Below are positions 9,721 to 18,968 of a stretch of DNA of 64,000 nucleotides, in pieces. The notes beneath the pieces were generated by a model that saw only the letters and a list, made by a program, of their open reading frames with translations, searched no databases and was not told the DNA's origin. A program made the translations under genes and the position numbers. Within the stretch, counting starts at the first letter, position 1; the number at the start of each line of letters is the position of its first letter. The stretch comes from an uncultured Lachnospiraceae bacterium (GTDB taxonomy: Bacteria; Bacillota; Clostridia; TANB77; CAG-508): assembly GCA_964616165.1 (NCBI GenBank), contig CAZTTS010000005.1, forward strand, positions 15,651 through 79,650, written 5' to 3'.

Positions 9721-10338
9721 TTACTCTCTAGTATCAAGTATTTTGTCTATTAGTCCATATTCTAATGCTTCTTCAGCACTCATATAGTTATCTCTATCAG
9801 TATCTTGTTCTATTTTATCTAATGGTTGGCCTGTTTTTTCAGATAATATCTTATTCAGTTTTTCTCTTAATTTAAGTATGTGATCTGAATGTATTTTAAT
9901 TTCAGTAGCTTGACCAGATAATCCGCCACCACCAATTAATGGTTGATGAATTAATATTTCAGAATTTCTAGTAGCAAATCTTTTTCCTTTAGTTCCTGAA
10001 GCTAATAATACAGCTCCCATACTTGCAGCCATACCAATACAAATAGTAGACACAGGACATTTAATATAGTTAATGGTATCAACTATAGCTAATCCATCTG
10101 ATATTGACCCTCCTGGACTATTGATATATAAAAAGATTTCTTTATCAGGATCTTCTGACTCTAAAAACAATAGTTGTGCAACAATAGTACTTGCTGACAT
10201 AGGATTTACATCTTCTGATAAAAATATAATCCTATCTTTTAAAAGTCTAGAATATATATCATAACTTCTTTCTCCTCTATTTGTTTGTTCAATAACATAA
10301 GGGATTAAAGTATTTTCTTCTTTCTTATATATATACAT
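9721..10338 (-). CDS. clpP: ATP-dependent Clp protease proteolytic subunit ClpP
   Basis: [29 protein letters not shown] and the GMAASMG active-site Ser region. RBS AAAGGAGAAATT upstream of ATG. Confidence 0.95.
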   Translation of the reverse strand: MYIYKKEENTLIPYVIEQTNRGERSYDIYSRLLKDRIIFLSEDVNPMSASTIVAQLLFLESEDPDKEIFLYINSPGGSISDGLAIVDTINYIKCPVSTICIGMAASMGAVLLASGTKGKRFATRNSEILIHQPLIGGGGLSGQATEIKIHSDHILKLREKLNKILSEKTGQPLDKIEQDTDRDNYMSAEEALEYGLIDKILDTRE

Positions 10339-10534
10339 AATTTCTCCTTTACAATTTAAATAATTATTATAAATAATAAGTTTAATTTCAAGTTTTATTC
10401 TTTTAAAATTATTATTTATAATAAAACATCAAAGTAAGTTAATTTTTAAATTTAATTTACCTTAACAAGAATCTCAAAACCTATAGCTTATATTAACTCT
10501 TGTTAAGATAAAAATTAAACTTAATAAGTTTTTC

Positions 10535-11065
10535 TTATTCTACCGGTGGTTCTACTGGTGGTTCTACTGGTGGTGCAGCTGGTGCTACTTCTCCAGTATA
10601 TTCATTTTTTCCAAATGCTAACATTGGATAAAACACTACAGGTAATAAAATTAATCCTATTGCAAATGATTGTTCTTTGCCAAATAATGGTGCTAATTTT
10701 AATGCTATAAAAATATTTAGCACAAACATGCCAATTGCTACTAAAAAGTTTACAAAAGGTATTACCATTAATATCATTCCTAGCGAAATCCATCCTGGTA
10801 ATCCTACTATTTCTAGCATTATCCACATATTATAAACCGGAACAAGTGCTGCCCATCCTGGTTTTCCAGCTTTAGTAAAAATTTTCCACCAAGATATTAT
10901 CATTAAAACAGCTATAGCTAATCCTAAAACTAAAAAGAATATTAAAAATCCTGTCACTGCGAATAATCCTGTTTTAACTGTAGATGTTGTTAGATTTTCA
11001 AATCCTGTTCCAAATGCTTCCCAATCAATATCTTCTAAACTTGTTGTAACTGCCTCCTGACCCAT
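10535..11065 (-). CDS. Polytopic membrane protein of unknown function (DUF5684-like) with C-terminal (PPVE)3 repeat
   Basis: Four or five TM segments, conserved-looking core WWKIFTKAGKPGWAALVPVYNMW. Inserted between tig and clpP. Confidence 0.55.
   Translation of the reverse strand: MGQEAVTTSLEDIDWEAFGTGFENLTTSTVKTGLFAVTGFLIFFLVLGLAIAVLMIISWWKIFTKAGKPGWAALVPVYNMWIMLEIVGLPGWISLGMILMVIPFVNFLVAIGMFVLNIFIALKLAPLFGKEQSFAIGLILLPVVFYPMLAFGKNEYTGEVAPAAPPVEPPVEPPVE
10540..10575. repeat. 3 x 12-nt tandem repeat (ctac[c/t]ggtggt[t/g]) encoding a PPVE repeat
   Basis: Directly visible tandem 12-mer at the 3' end of the 10535..11065 CDS. Confidence 0.8.
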
Positions 11066-11141
11066 AATTTCCTCCTTATTGTTTTTATTTATATTTTACC
11101 TAATATATAAGAATACTCTCATATATTAAATTTAATACCAC

Positions 11142-12440
11142 TTATTTAAACTTAACTATTCCTAACAAATATTCTAAAGCTAATTTAGGTTTAACTTCAT
11201 TTTTAATATTATCTATAAAATTCTTGTCTTTTTTAAATTCATCAATTTCTAAATTGTAGCTTTTTGCATATTCATCAATAGCATCATCTATTTTCTTTTT
11301 ATCTATTTCTTTTTCGTTTTCATCAAATATTTTTTCTAATACTAAATCAGATTTAACTTTTCTTTCAACTGAAGGTTTTGTTTCCTCAATATATTCTTCT
11401 AAAGTTTTACCATACATTTGAAGATAAAAATCTAAATTTAGTCCCTGATGAGATAAATTATGACTTAATCCATCTATTAACTCATTTACTCGAGAATTTA
11501 TAACCATTTCTGGTAAATTTATTTTGACTTGTTTTAATAGCTCATCTATTAACATTGCTTCTGTTTCTTGTTTTTCTCTTTCTTTATTAGCTTCTTCTAT
11601 CATTTCTTTAATGTCTTTTCTATATGCTTTTAAGTCATCAAAACCTTGATCTTTAGCAAATTCATCATCAAGTTTAGGGTATTCTTTTTCTTTAATTTCA
11701 TTAACTTTTACTTCAAATATAACTGCTTGACCTTTTAACGATTCTTCAAAGTAATCTTCTGGGAAATTCAGATTAATATCCTTTGTTTCACCTTTTTGCA
11801 TTCCAATAATTGCATCTTCAAATCCGGGAATAAAGGAATTAGATCCTATTTCTAAATCAAAATTGTCTGCTTCACCGCCCGGAAACTTTTCTCCTTTAAC
11901 TTTATTTTTTTCTATAAATCCCGTAAAGTTAATATTTACTTGATTGCCTAATTCAACTTTTTTCTCATCTTTAGCAGGAACAAGTCTTACATTATGTTCT
12001 TGAGCTTTTTTTATTTCTTCGTCAATTTCTTTCTCATCAACTTTATATACAGCTTTTTTTATTGCAATTTCTTTATACTTACCCAGTTTAACTTCTGGTT
12101 TTAGAGCGACTTTTGCAGTTACTAATACATTTTCACCTTGTTCTATTTTTTCAACATTTATTTCTGGTGCTGAAAAAACCTCTAATTTAGCTTTATCTAT
12201 TTCTTCTTCATATACTATAGAAAAGATTTCATTAAAAGCATCTTCATAAAACATGTCTGGTCCATATGTTTTTAATATTATTTCAAAAGGTACTTTGCCT
12301 TTTCTAAATCCAGGCAAACTAAAATGTCTTTTATTTTTTTCATATACACTTTTAATGCCTTTATCTAATTCCACTGCAGGAATGTCAAATTTTAAATTTA
12401 CTATATTCTCTTCATTTGTTTTTTCTATTTTCATACTCAT
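11142..12440 (-). CDS. tig: Trigger factor (ribosome-associated PPIase chaperone)
   Basis: 432 aa with N-terminal ribosome-binding region (GFRKGKVP), central FKBP-like PPIase region and C-terminal arm. Sits upstream of clpP-clpX. Confidence 0.92.
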   Translation of the reverse strand: MSMKIEKTNEENIVNLKFDIPAVELDKGIKSVYEKNKRHFSLPGFRKGKVPFEIILKTYGPDMFYEDAFNEIFSIVYEEEIDKAKLEVFSAPEINVEKIEQGENVLVTAKVALKPEVKLGKYKEIAIKKAVYKVDEKEIDEEIKKAQEHNVRLVPAKDEKKVELGNQVNINFTGFIEKNKVKGEKFPGGEADNFDLEIGSNSFIPGFEDAIIGMQKGETKDINLNFPEDYFEESLKGQAVIFEVKVNEIKEKEYPKLDDEFAKDQGFDDLKAYRKDIKEMIEEANKEREKQETEAMLIDELLKQVKINLPEMVINSRVNELIDGLSHNLSHQGLNLDFYLQMYGKTLEEYIEETKPSVERKVKSDLVLEKIFDENEKEIDKKKIDDAIDEYAKSYNLEIDEFKKDKNFIDNIKNEVKPKLALEYLLGIVKFK

Positions 12441-12579
12441 ATTTTGTCCTTTTCTCCCGTTATTTAAACTTTTTATTTATAAATCTAAACTACATTTTTT
12501 ATTTAGACTATGTTTTTCATAAAATAATTATATATTAAAACCTTGTATTAAGCAAGAAATTTTATAGCTCTTGTTTTCT

Positions 12580-13737
12580 TTAGATTTTAAGTTCTTGTCC
12601 TAATTCAATGTCTAAATTATATGCTGTTTTAATTAATTCATCATCTAATTTTACTCTTTTCAAATTAGATATTTCATTATTCTTTGATGGAGCTCCAATT
12701 TCTTTATTATTACCTATAACATCTTCAAGACTAACATATCCCATCTTGCCATTAGTAAAAGTAACTAGTATTTTAAATACTCCTTGCATGGCTAGTTCTA
12801 AAGCTTTTACTCCATAGTTAGAAGATAAAATTCTATCAGTAGCAATAGGGCTTCCACCTCTTTGTACATAACCCAGTACTGTATTTCTAGATATCATTCC
12901 TGTTAATTCTTCTAGTTCTCTTGCTACAATTTCTCCAATTCCTCCCAGCCTTTTATCATCTAAACCTTTATCATTATTTGTCCCAATTGTTTCTTGTTGT
13001 CCTTGAATAGGAAAAGCACCTTCAGCTACACAAATAATAGTGTACTCCTTACCTTCAGATTTTCTCCTTAAAACCTTTTCAGCAACTCTTTTGATATCAA
13101 ATGGTATTTCTGGAATTAAAATTGCGTCAGCACCTCCTGCTATTCCTGAAGCAAGAGCAATCCATCCTGTATGGCGACCCATCACCTCTAAAACCATTAT
13201 CCTTTTATGTGATTCAGCAGTAGAATGTAATCTTTCTAATGCGTCAGTTGCAACAGAAACAGCTGAGTCAAAACCAAAAGTTTTATCTGTTAGTGCAACA
13301 TCATTATCAATTGTTTTTGGGATTCCAATAACATTTAAACCTTTAACTGCAAAATCTCTTGCTGATTTTTGTGTCCCATCTCCACCTAATGTAAACAAAC
13401 AATCAAAACCCTGTTCTTTAAACTGTTTAACACAATAATCAGACATATCTACATATTCAAAAGATCCGTCTGCTTTTTTCTTTTTCAAATTAAATAAATT
13501 AGTTGAATTTGAAGTACCAATAATGGTCCCTCCTCTTGTTAAAAGTCCAGATGCATTAGTTGATAAGTCTAATTTAACATAATCATTTTCTAAAAAACCC
13601 TTATAACCATCAATATATCCATAAACATCTATGTCGTGGATTTTAGCAGATTTTAAAATTGCTCTAATAACGACATTTAAGCCTGGAGCATCTCCTCCAT
13701 TTGTTAAAATTGCTACTTTTTTTACATGTTTTTTCAT
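12580..13737 (-). CDS. pfkA: ATP-dependent 6-phosphofructokinase (long form with about 60-aa C-terminal extension)
   Basis: GGDGT motif, MGRHTGW, PFK fold throughout. 385 aa instead of the usual ~320. Confidence 0.85.
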   Translation of the reverse strand: MKKHVKKVAILTNGGDAPGLNVVIRAILKSAKIHDIDVYGYIDGYKGFLENDYVKLDLSTNASGLLTRGGTIIGTSNSTNLFNLKKKKADGSFEYVDMSDYCVKQFKEQGFDCLFTLGGDGTQKSARDFAVKGLNVIGIPKTIDNDVALTDKTFGFDSAVSVATDALERLHSTAESHKRIMVLEVMGRHTGWIALASGIAGGADAILIPEIPFDIKRVAEKVLRRKSEGKEYTIICVAEGAFPIQGQQETIGTNNDKGLDDKRLGGIGEIVARELEELTGMISRNTVLGYVQRGGSPIATDRILSSNYGVKALELAMQGVFKILVTFTNGKMGYVSLEDVIGNNKEIGAPSKNNEISNLKRVKLDDELIKTAYNLDIELGQELKI

Positions 13738-13805
13738 AATTACCTTTTCTTTAGTTTTATATATTTTTTTATTTGATATTTATTTTATATAATTATTTTA
13801 TATAT

Positions 13806-15086
13806 TTATTTTGGTTTCCCTAATAACTTAAACATATTTTTCTTATATGCTTCAACTCCTAATTGATCAAAAGGATTAACATCTAATAATCTTCCAGACA
13901 TAGCAACTGCTTTTTCAAAAAAGTATATTAAACTTCCTATTGAATATTCATTTAGTTCATCAATTTCTATCATTAAATTTGGAACCTTACCCTGAACATG
14001 TGCTTCAATAGTTCCTTCCATTGCCATATTTTCAATATATTTTATTGTTTTACCTTCTAAATAATTTAATTTATCATAATTATCACTATCTTTTTTAATA
14101 GTAATATCACTTTTTTCATTGTTAATTTTAATTACAGTTTCAAAAATGTTTCTTTTACCATCTTGAATGATTTGTCCTAAAGAGTGTAGGTCAGTACTAT
14201 AAATTACTCCCATTGGGAATATGCCTTTTCCATCTTTACCTTCTGACTCTCCAAAAAGCTGTTTAAACCATTCAACAAACATTTTTAATTTATCATTAAA
14301 TGCAACCATAATTTCAATATCTTTTTTTTCTTTAGTGTGTAAATAATGTCTTATCGCTGCATATTGATATGCTTCATTATATTTTATATGTGGGTCTGAA
14401 TATTTAATTGCAGCATCTTTAGCTCCTTCTAGGATAAAATCTATATTAAAGCCTGCTGCAGCTATAGGAAGAAGACCAACAGCAGTAAGAACTGAAAATC
14501 TTCCACCAATATTGTCTGGAATTACAAAAGTTTCAATTTTTTCTTCATTTGCTAAATCTTTTAATGCTCCTTTTTCCTTATCAGTAGTAATAAATATTCT
14601 TTTTCTTGCTTCTTCTGGACCATATTTTTCATTTAAATATTCTCTAAAAATTCTAAATGCTAAAGCTGGTTCTAGTGTAGTTCCTGATTTAGAAATCACA
14701 TTTATAGAAAATTCTTTTCCATCAAGATATTCTATAGTTTCTTCAATATGTTCAGTGGAAAGATTGTTGCCTACAAATATAACTTCAACTTTATTTTTAA
14801 AATATTTGTGTGATAGTGCTTGAATTATAGCTTCAGCTCCAAGGTATGAACCTCCGATGCCAATACATAGAAGAATATCTGAATCTGATTGTATTTTTAC
14901 AGAAGCTTTTTTAATTCTTTCATATTCTAATTCATCAATCTTTTGAGGCAAATCAATCCATCCTAAAAACTCATTCTCATCATTCTTCTTTTCTTCAAAT
15001 TCTTTATTTATAGCAAATGTTGCTTCACTATATTCTAAAATTTTCTCTTTTTTTATCATTGAGTTTGAATAATCAAATTTAATCAT
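13806..15086 (-). CDS. pgi: Glucose-6-phosphate isomerase
   Basis: IGIGGSYLGAEA SIS motif and GGRFSVLTAVGLLP; about 426 aa Firmicutes-type PGI. Confidence 0.92.
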   Translation of the reverse strand: MIKFDYSNSMIKKEKILEYSEATFAINKEFEEKKNDENEFLGWIDLPQKIDELEYERIKKASVKIQSDSDILLCIGIGGSYLGAEAIIQALSHKYFKNKVEVIFVGNNLSTEHIEETIEYLDGKEFSINVISKSGTTLEPALAFRIFREYLNEKYGPEEARKRIFITTDKEKGALKDLANEEKIETFVIPDNIGGRFSVLTAVGLLPIAAAGFNIDFILEGAKDAAIKYSDPHIKYNEAYQYAAIRHYLHTKEKKDIEIMVAFNDKLKMFVEWFKQLFGESEGKDGKGIFPMGVIYSTDLHSLGQIIQDGKRNIFETVIKINNEKSDITIKKDSDNYDKLNYLEGKTIKYIENMAMEGTIEAHVQGKVPNLMIEIDELNEYSIGSLIYFFEKAVAMSGRLLDVNPFDQLGVEAYKKNMFKLLGKPK

Positions 15087-15132
15087 CTTTACCTCTCTTA
15101 TATTTAAAATTAAAACTTCTTCATTTTTTATT

Positions 15133-16329
15133 TTATATTAAACCGGCTATTTCAACAGTATCTCTAGCTATCATAATCTCTTCATCAGTTGGAATTATCC
15201 ATACTTGAATCCTAGAATCTTCAGTTGATATTTTTCTTTCAACAGCTTTAACATCATTTAATTCTGGATCTATTTCTACACCCAATACTTTTAAGTATTT
15301 ACAAATTCCTAATCTGGTAGCCTCTCCTTTTTCTCCAATTCCTCCCGCAAAAGCAATCACGTCTACATGACCTAAGCTAGTTGCATATGCCCCAATTGTT
15401 TGTGCTGTTAAATATTCATTAGATTTCAGTGCTAGTATTGCTCTTTCATTTCCTTGTCCTGCAGCTTCTTCAATATCTCTAAAGTCATGAGAAATTCCAG
15501 AAACTCCATATGCCCCTGACTCTTTGTTTAATATCTGGTCAACTTCATAAACATCAATACCTTCTATTTTAGCAATATATGGGATAATTGATGGATCAAT
15601 ATTACCTGATCTTGTTCCCATAGGTATCCCAGCTAATGGAGTTAAACCCATAGAAGTATCAATTGATTTTCCGCTTTGTATTGCACAAATACTAGCACCT
15701 TGACCAAGATGGCATGAGATTATATTTATATCTTCTTTGCTTTTTCCTAAAACTTCTGCTACTCTTTGAGCAATATATCTATGTGATGTTCCATGAAAAC
15801 CATATTTTCTTATTTTGTTTTCTTCATAATATTTATATGGAATATTATATATATATGCATAATCTGGCATTGTTTGATGAAAAGATGTATCAAAAACAGC
15901 CACTTTAGGTATATTAGGTAGAAGTTTTTGCATTGCACGAATACCTGATAAACAGCTTGGATTATGAAGTGGTGCCAGTGTTATTAGTTTTTCTACCTCC
16001 TCTAGTACTTCATCATCAATTATTACTGAATTAATAAATTTCTCTCCACCATGAACTAATCTATGGCCAGTTGCTGCAATTTCATCTAAACTACTTAAAA
16101 CACCATATTTAGTATCTAATAATTTTTCTAAAATTACCTCTATACCATTTTGATGAGTTAGTGCAGGTATATAAAATTTTTCTTTTTCCCCATTACTTTT
16201 TATGCTTAAAAACGATTCTTCTGTTCCTATTCTTTCGTAATAGCCCTGGATCAGGACTTCTTCTTCAGGCATATTAATCAATTGAAATTTAATTGATGAA
16301 CTACCACAGTTTAAAACTAATACTTTCAT
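15133..16329 (-). CDS. ackA: Acetate kinase
   Basis: MKVLVLNCGSSSIKFQL N-term, HLGQGASI, 398 aa, adjacent to pta. Confidence 0.93.
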   Translation of the reverse strand: MKVLVLNCGSSSIKFQLINMPEEEVLIQGYYERIGTEESFLSIKSNGEKEKFYIPALTHQNGIEVILEKLLDTKYGVLSSLDEIAATGHRLVHGGEKFINSVIIDDEVLEEVEKLITLAPLHNPSCLSGIRAMQKLLPNIPKVAVFDTSFHQTMPDYAYIYNIPYKYYEENKIRKYGFHGTSHRYIAQRVAEVLGKSKEDINIISCHLGQGASICAIQSGKSIDTSMGLTPLAGIPMGTRSGNIDPSIIPYIAKIEGIDVYEVDQILNKESGAYGVSGISHDFRDIEEAAGQGNERAILALKSNEYLTAQTIGAYATSLGHVDVIAFAGGIGEKGEATRLGICKYLKVLGVEIDPELNDVKAVERKISTEDSRIQVWIIPTDEEIMIARDTVEIAGLI

Positions 16330-16346
16330 TTTACTTCCTTTTTCTT

Positions 16347-17354
16347 TTATTGTTCTTGAGCTTGTATTGCTGTTAAAGCTATAGTCCCAACAATGTCATC
16401 AATTTCTGCTCCTCTAGATAAGTCATTTACAGGCTTGTTTAAACCTTGACACATTGGTCCATATGCTTTTGCATTAGCTAATCTTTGAACTAATTTATAT
16501 GATATATTGCCCGAATTTAAGTCAGGAAATATAAGAATATTTGCATTGCCTTCTAATGGGCTATTTGGAATTTTTCTTTCTGCTACATGAGGAACTAAAG
16601 CTGCATCAGCTTGTATTTCTCCATCAATAATAAGATTTGGCATTCTTTCTTTAACTATATTATATGCATCTATTATTTTTTGAGTCATTTCAGATTTAGC
16701 TGAACCCTTTGTAGAATAAGATAAAAGAGCAACTCTTGGCTCTTTTAATAATAATGAATCAAATGTCTTTACACTTTGAATTGTAATTTCTGCTAATTCT
16801 TCACTATTAGGATTTTCATTTATACCAGCATCGGCAAATAATAAAACATCATCTTTAACAATATTGTTTTCTTTAAATTCTAGCAAAAAAAACGAAGAAA
16901 CAAAACGAGCATCATGTCTAGTTCTTATAATTTGTAAGGCGGGTCTCAAGACATCAGATGTTGGTACAGTAGTTCCTGCAACCAATCCATCTCCATAGCC
17001 TGTTTCTAGTAACATTGTTCCAAAATATATTGGATCATATATTAATTCATATGCTTCTTCTATTGTCATTCCTTTATGTTGCCTTAAGCTATGAAGTTTG
17101 CTAGCTAAATTATTAGTTAATTCTGATTCTTTTGGATCTATTATTTCAAATCTTGATAAATCTATATCAATATTCTTTTCTAAGGCAATATTTCTTATTT
17201 CTTCTACATTTCCTATAAAAATAATTTTAGCAAAATCTTCATCTACAACAATTTTTGAAGCTTTTAAAACTCTACCACATCTTGTAGCTTCTGGTATGAT
17301 AATTTTCTTTATATTTGACCTTGCTCTGTTTTTAATTGTTTCATAAAATTCCAT
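16347..17354 (-). CDS. pta: Phosphate acetyltransferase
   Basis: 335 aa PTA_PTB fold with C-terminal ...SYKLVQRLANAKAYGPMCQGLNKPVNDLSRGA. Confidence 0.9.
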   Translation of the reverse strand: MEFYETIKNRARSNIKKIIIPEATRCGRVLKASKIVVDEDFAKIIFIGNVEEIRNIALEKNIDIDLSRFEIIDPKESELTNNLASKLHSLRQHKGMTIEEAYELIYDPIYFGTMLLETGYGDGLVAGTTVPTSDVLRPALQIIRTRHDARFVSSFFLLEFKENNIVKDDVLLFADAGINENPNSEELAEITIQSVKTFDSLLLKEPRVALLSYSTKGSAKSEMTQKIIDAYNIVKERMPNLIIDGEIQADAALVPHVAERKIPNSPLEGNANILIFPDLNSGNISYKLVQRLANAKAYGPMCQGLNKPVNDLSRGAEIDDIVGTIALTAIQAQEQ

Positions 17355-17358
17355 TTAT

Positions 17359-18201
17359 TCATTCCTTGTACTTTTTTTCATTCATTTTTTCTAAATATTT
17401 ATTTAATTTTTTCCTTGTTAAAGGTTCAATATTAGATTTTATCTTGCGACGATTTATTTTTCTTGCATTTTTTTCTTTTTCTTCTTCAGCCTGCTTTTTT
17501 CTCTCAAGCATTTTTCTTTCAACAACTTTTTTTATTCGTAAATCTTCTTGTTCTTCTATCATTCTTTCTCTAATTTCATATTTAATTTTAATTTCGTCAA
17601 ACAAATCAATAATTTCAGTAGATTTCGAATAATACTCTGGTATTAATACATATGCTAAAAGTTGTAACATTTCTAAAGATACAAATATAATAATTATAGA
17701 TAAAGAGCCAGTTAAAGCAGCACCATGTGAAAAGAATATACTATAAATATCTTTAAACATAATTACGAATAAAGACAAAGAATAAAACGCGTATATTGAG
17801 GTTAAAACCACTAAAGCTAAATATTGCCTTATATTTTTTAACACTATATAATTATATAAAATCGTATATACACTCCAAAACAATAAAGATAATTGTAATA
17901 TAATTTGTGGATTAAATAATCTTGTTAAAACCGACATTAATGCAATAAATACTAGCATAACAAATGACATAAAAAACAAAACCAATTGTTCTTTTTTAGG
18001 TAGTCTCAGTATTAATGCTATAAACCCTTTTGATAAAATTGTAAAAAACAAAGTATTAAAAACAAACTTAAAAACACCTAGAGATTGAACTTCTCCTTCT
18101 TTTAATAAAATAATACTAGAAAACAGTATAATCATCATGTTTAAAACCATAAAAATGTTTACAACATAATATAATAAAACTCTTTTATCTTTTACTTTCA
18201 T
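17359..18201 (-). CDS. Membrane protein with K/E-rich C-terminal tail, unknown function
   Basis: Five or six TM segments then a charged coiled tail. RBS AAGAGGAACGAAAG. 4 nt upstream of pta. Confidence 0.5.
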   Translation of the reverse strand: MKVKDKRVLLYYVVNIFMVLNMMIILFSSIILLKEGEVQSLGVFKFVFNTLFFTILSKGFIALILRLPKKEQLVLFFMSFVMLVFIALMSVLTRLFNPQIILQLSLLFWSVYTILYNYIVLKNIRQYLALVVLTSIYAFYSLSLFVIMFKDIYSIFFSHGAALTGSLSIIIIFVSLEMLQLLAYVLIPEYYSKSTEIIDLFDEIKIKYEIRERMIEEQEDLRIKKVVERKMLERKKQAEEEKEKNARKINRRKIKSNIEPLTRKKLNKYLEKMNEKKYKE

Positions 18202-18369
18202 CTTTCGTTCCTCTTTTTTCGACTTTATATAAAATAATTAAATCTTTTAATATATTAAAAACATATTAAATAATAAGATAAATATATCTTTATACTATAT
18301 ATTTTACTTAATAAAAAATGAAAAGTAAAGAAATAGAGACACAAACAAATATGAATGTGTCCCTATTCT

Positions 18370-18693
18370 CTAAGAAAGACCTCTAAGTCTTTCAAAAAAC
18401 GGTGCAACTATGTCTTTAGCTAAAAGGTTCATTACTCCTAGGATGAAACCTCCAAAAAAGAAAGCAATTATTGCGGCTGCAAAGCCCCAAACCAAGTACC
18501 GAAGTACTGTTTTTATAACATAGCTTGTAGAAAATCTTACATATGAGCTATGTTCTTTTTCTTTTTCCACGGGTTTTTCCATAGACATTAGTGGTTGTTT
18601 CAACAACATAGGAATCACCATAAAATTGCTAAAAAAAGCTATAACTCCAATCAGCATGATGACATTAATGAAAAGATCCCAAAATTTTAACAT
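18370..18693 (-). CDS. Small membrane protein (107 aa), unknown function, in a GC-anomalous islet
   Basis: Two hydrophobic segments. Local GC about 37% versus about 23-25% in flanking sequence; uses codons (CCC, CGG, ACG) rare elsewhere in the window. Confidence 0.45.
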   Translation of the reverse strand: MLKFWDLFINVIMLIGVIAFFSNFMVIPMLLKQPLMSMEKPVEKEKEHSSYVRFSTSYVIKTVLRYLVWGFAAAIIAFFFGGFILGVMNLLAKDIVAPFFERLRGLS

Positions 18694-18709
18694 CTTTATG
18701 TCCTCCTGT

Positions 18710-18907
18710 CTATGATAACCAAATAAATTGGTAACCGTAGTACATTGATATTGCTACAACAATAACAACAGCTGTAGACAGTACAAAGTGTAACCAGAAT
18801 TTTCTCCGATCATCACTCCAATAAGTATCTTTTACACGAGTCAATATGACTACAAAATAAAAGAAAAACGCTCCAATAGTATAAATGATAATTCTAGTCC
18901 GATCCAT
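18710..18907 (-). CDS. Small membrane protein (65 aa), unknown function, in a GC-anomalous islet
   Basis: Two TM segments flanking an RVKDTYWSDDRRKFW loop; same compositional anomaly as its neighbour. Confidence 0.4.
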   Translation of the reverse strand: MDRTRIIIYTIGAFFFYFVVILTRVKDTYWSDDRRKFWLHFVLSTAVVIVVAISMYYGYQFIWLS

Positions 18908-18968
18908 ATTGCACCTCCTGTACTTTGATAATGAACAATGTTCATATTCTAAAATTACTATACTTATA

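Noticed and set aside
10339-10534. Possible CtsR operator upstream of clpP
   Set aside because: Only a weak 5/7 + 5/7 match to the GGTCAAA-NAN-GGTCAAA direct repeat (ATCAAAGTAAGTTAAT), which is not convincing.
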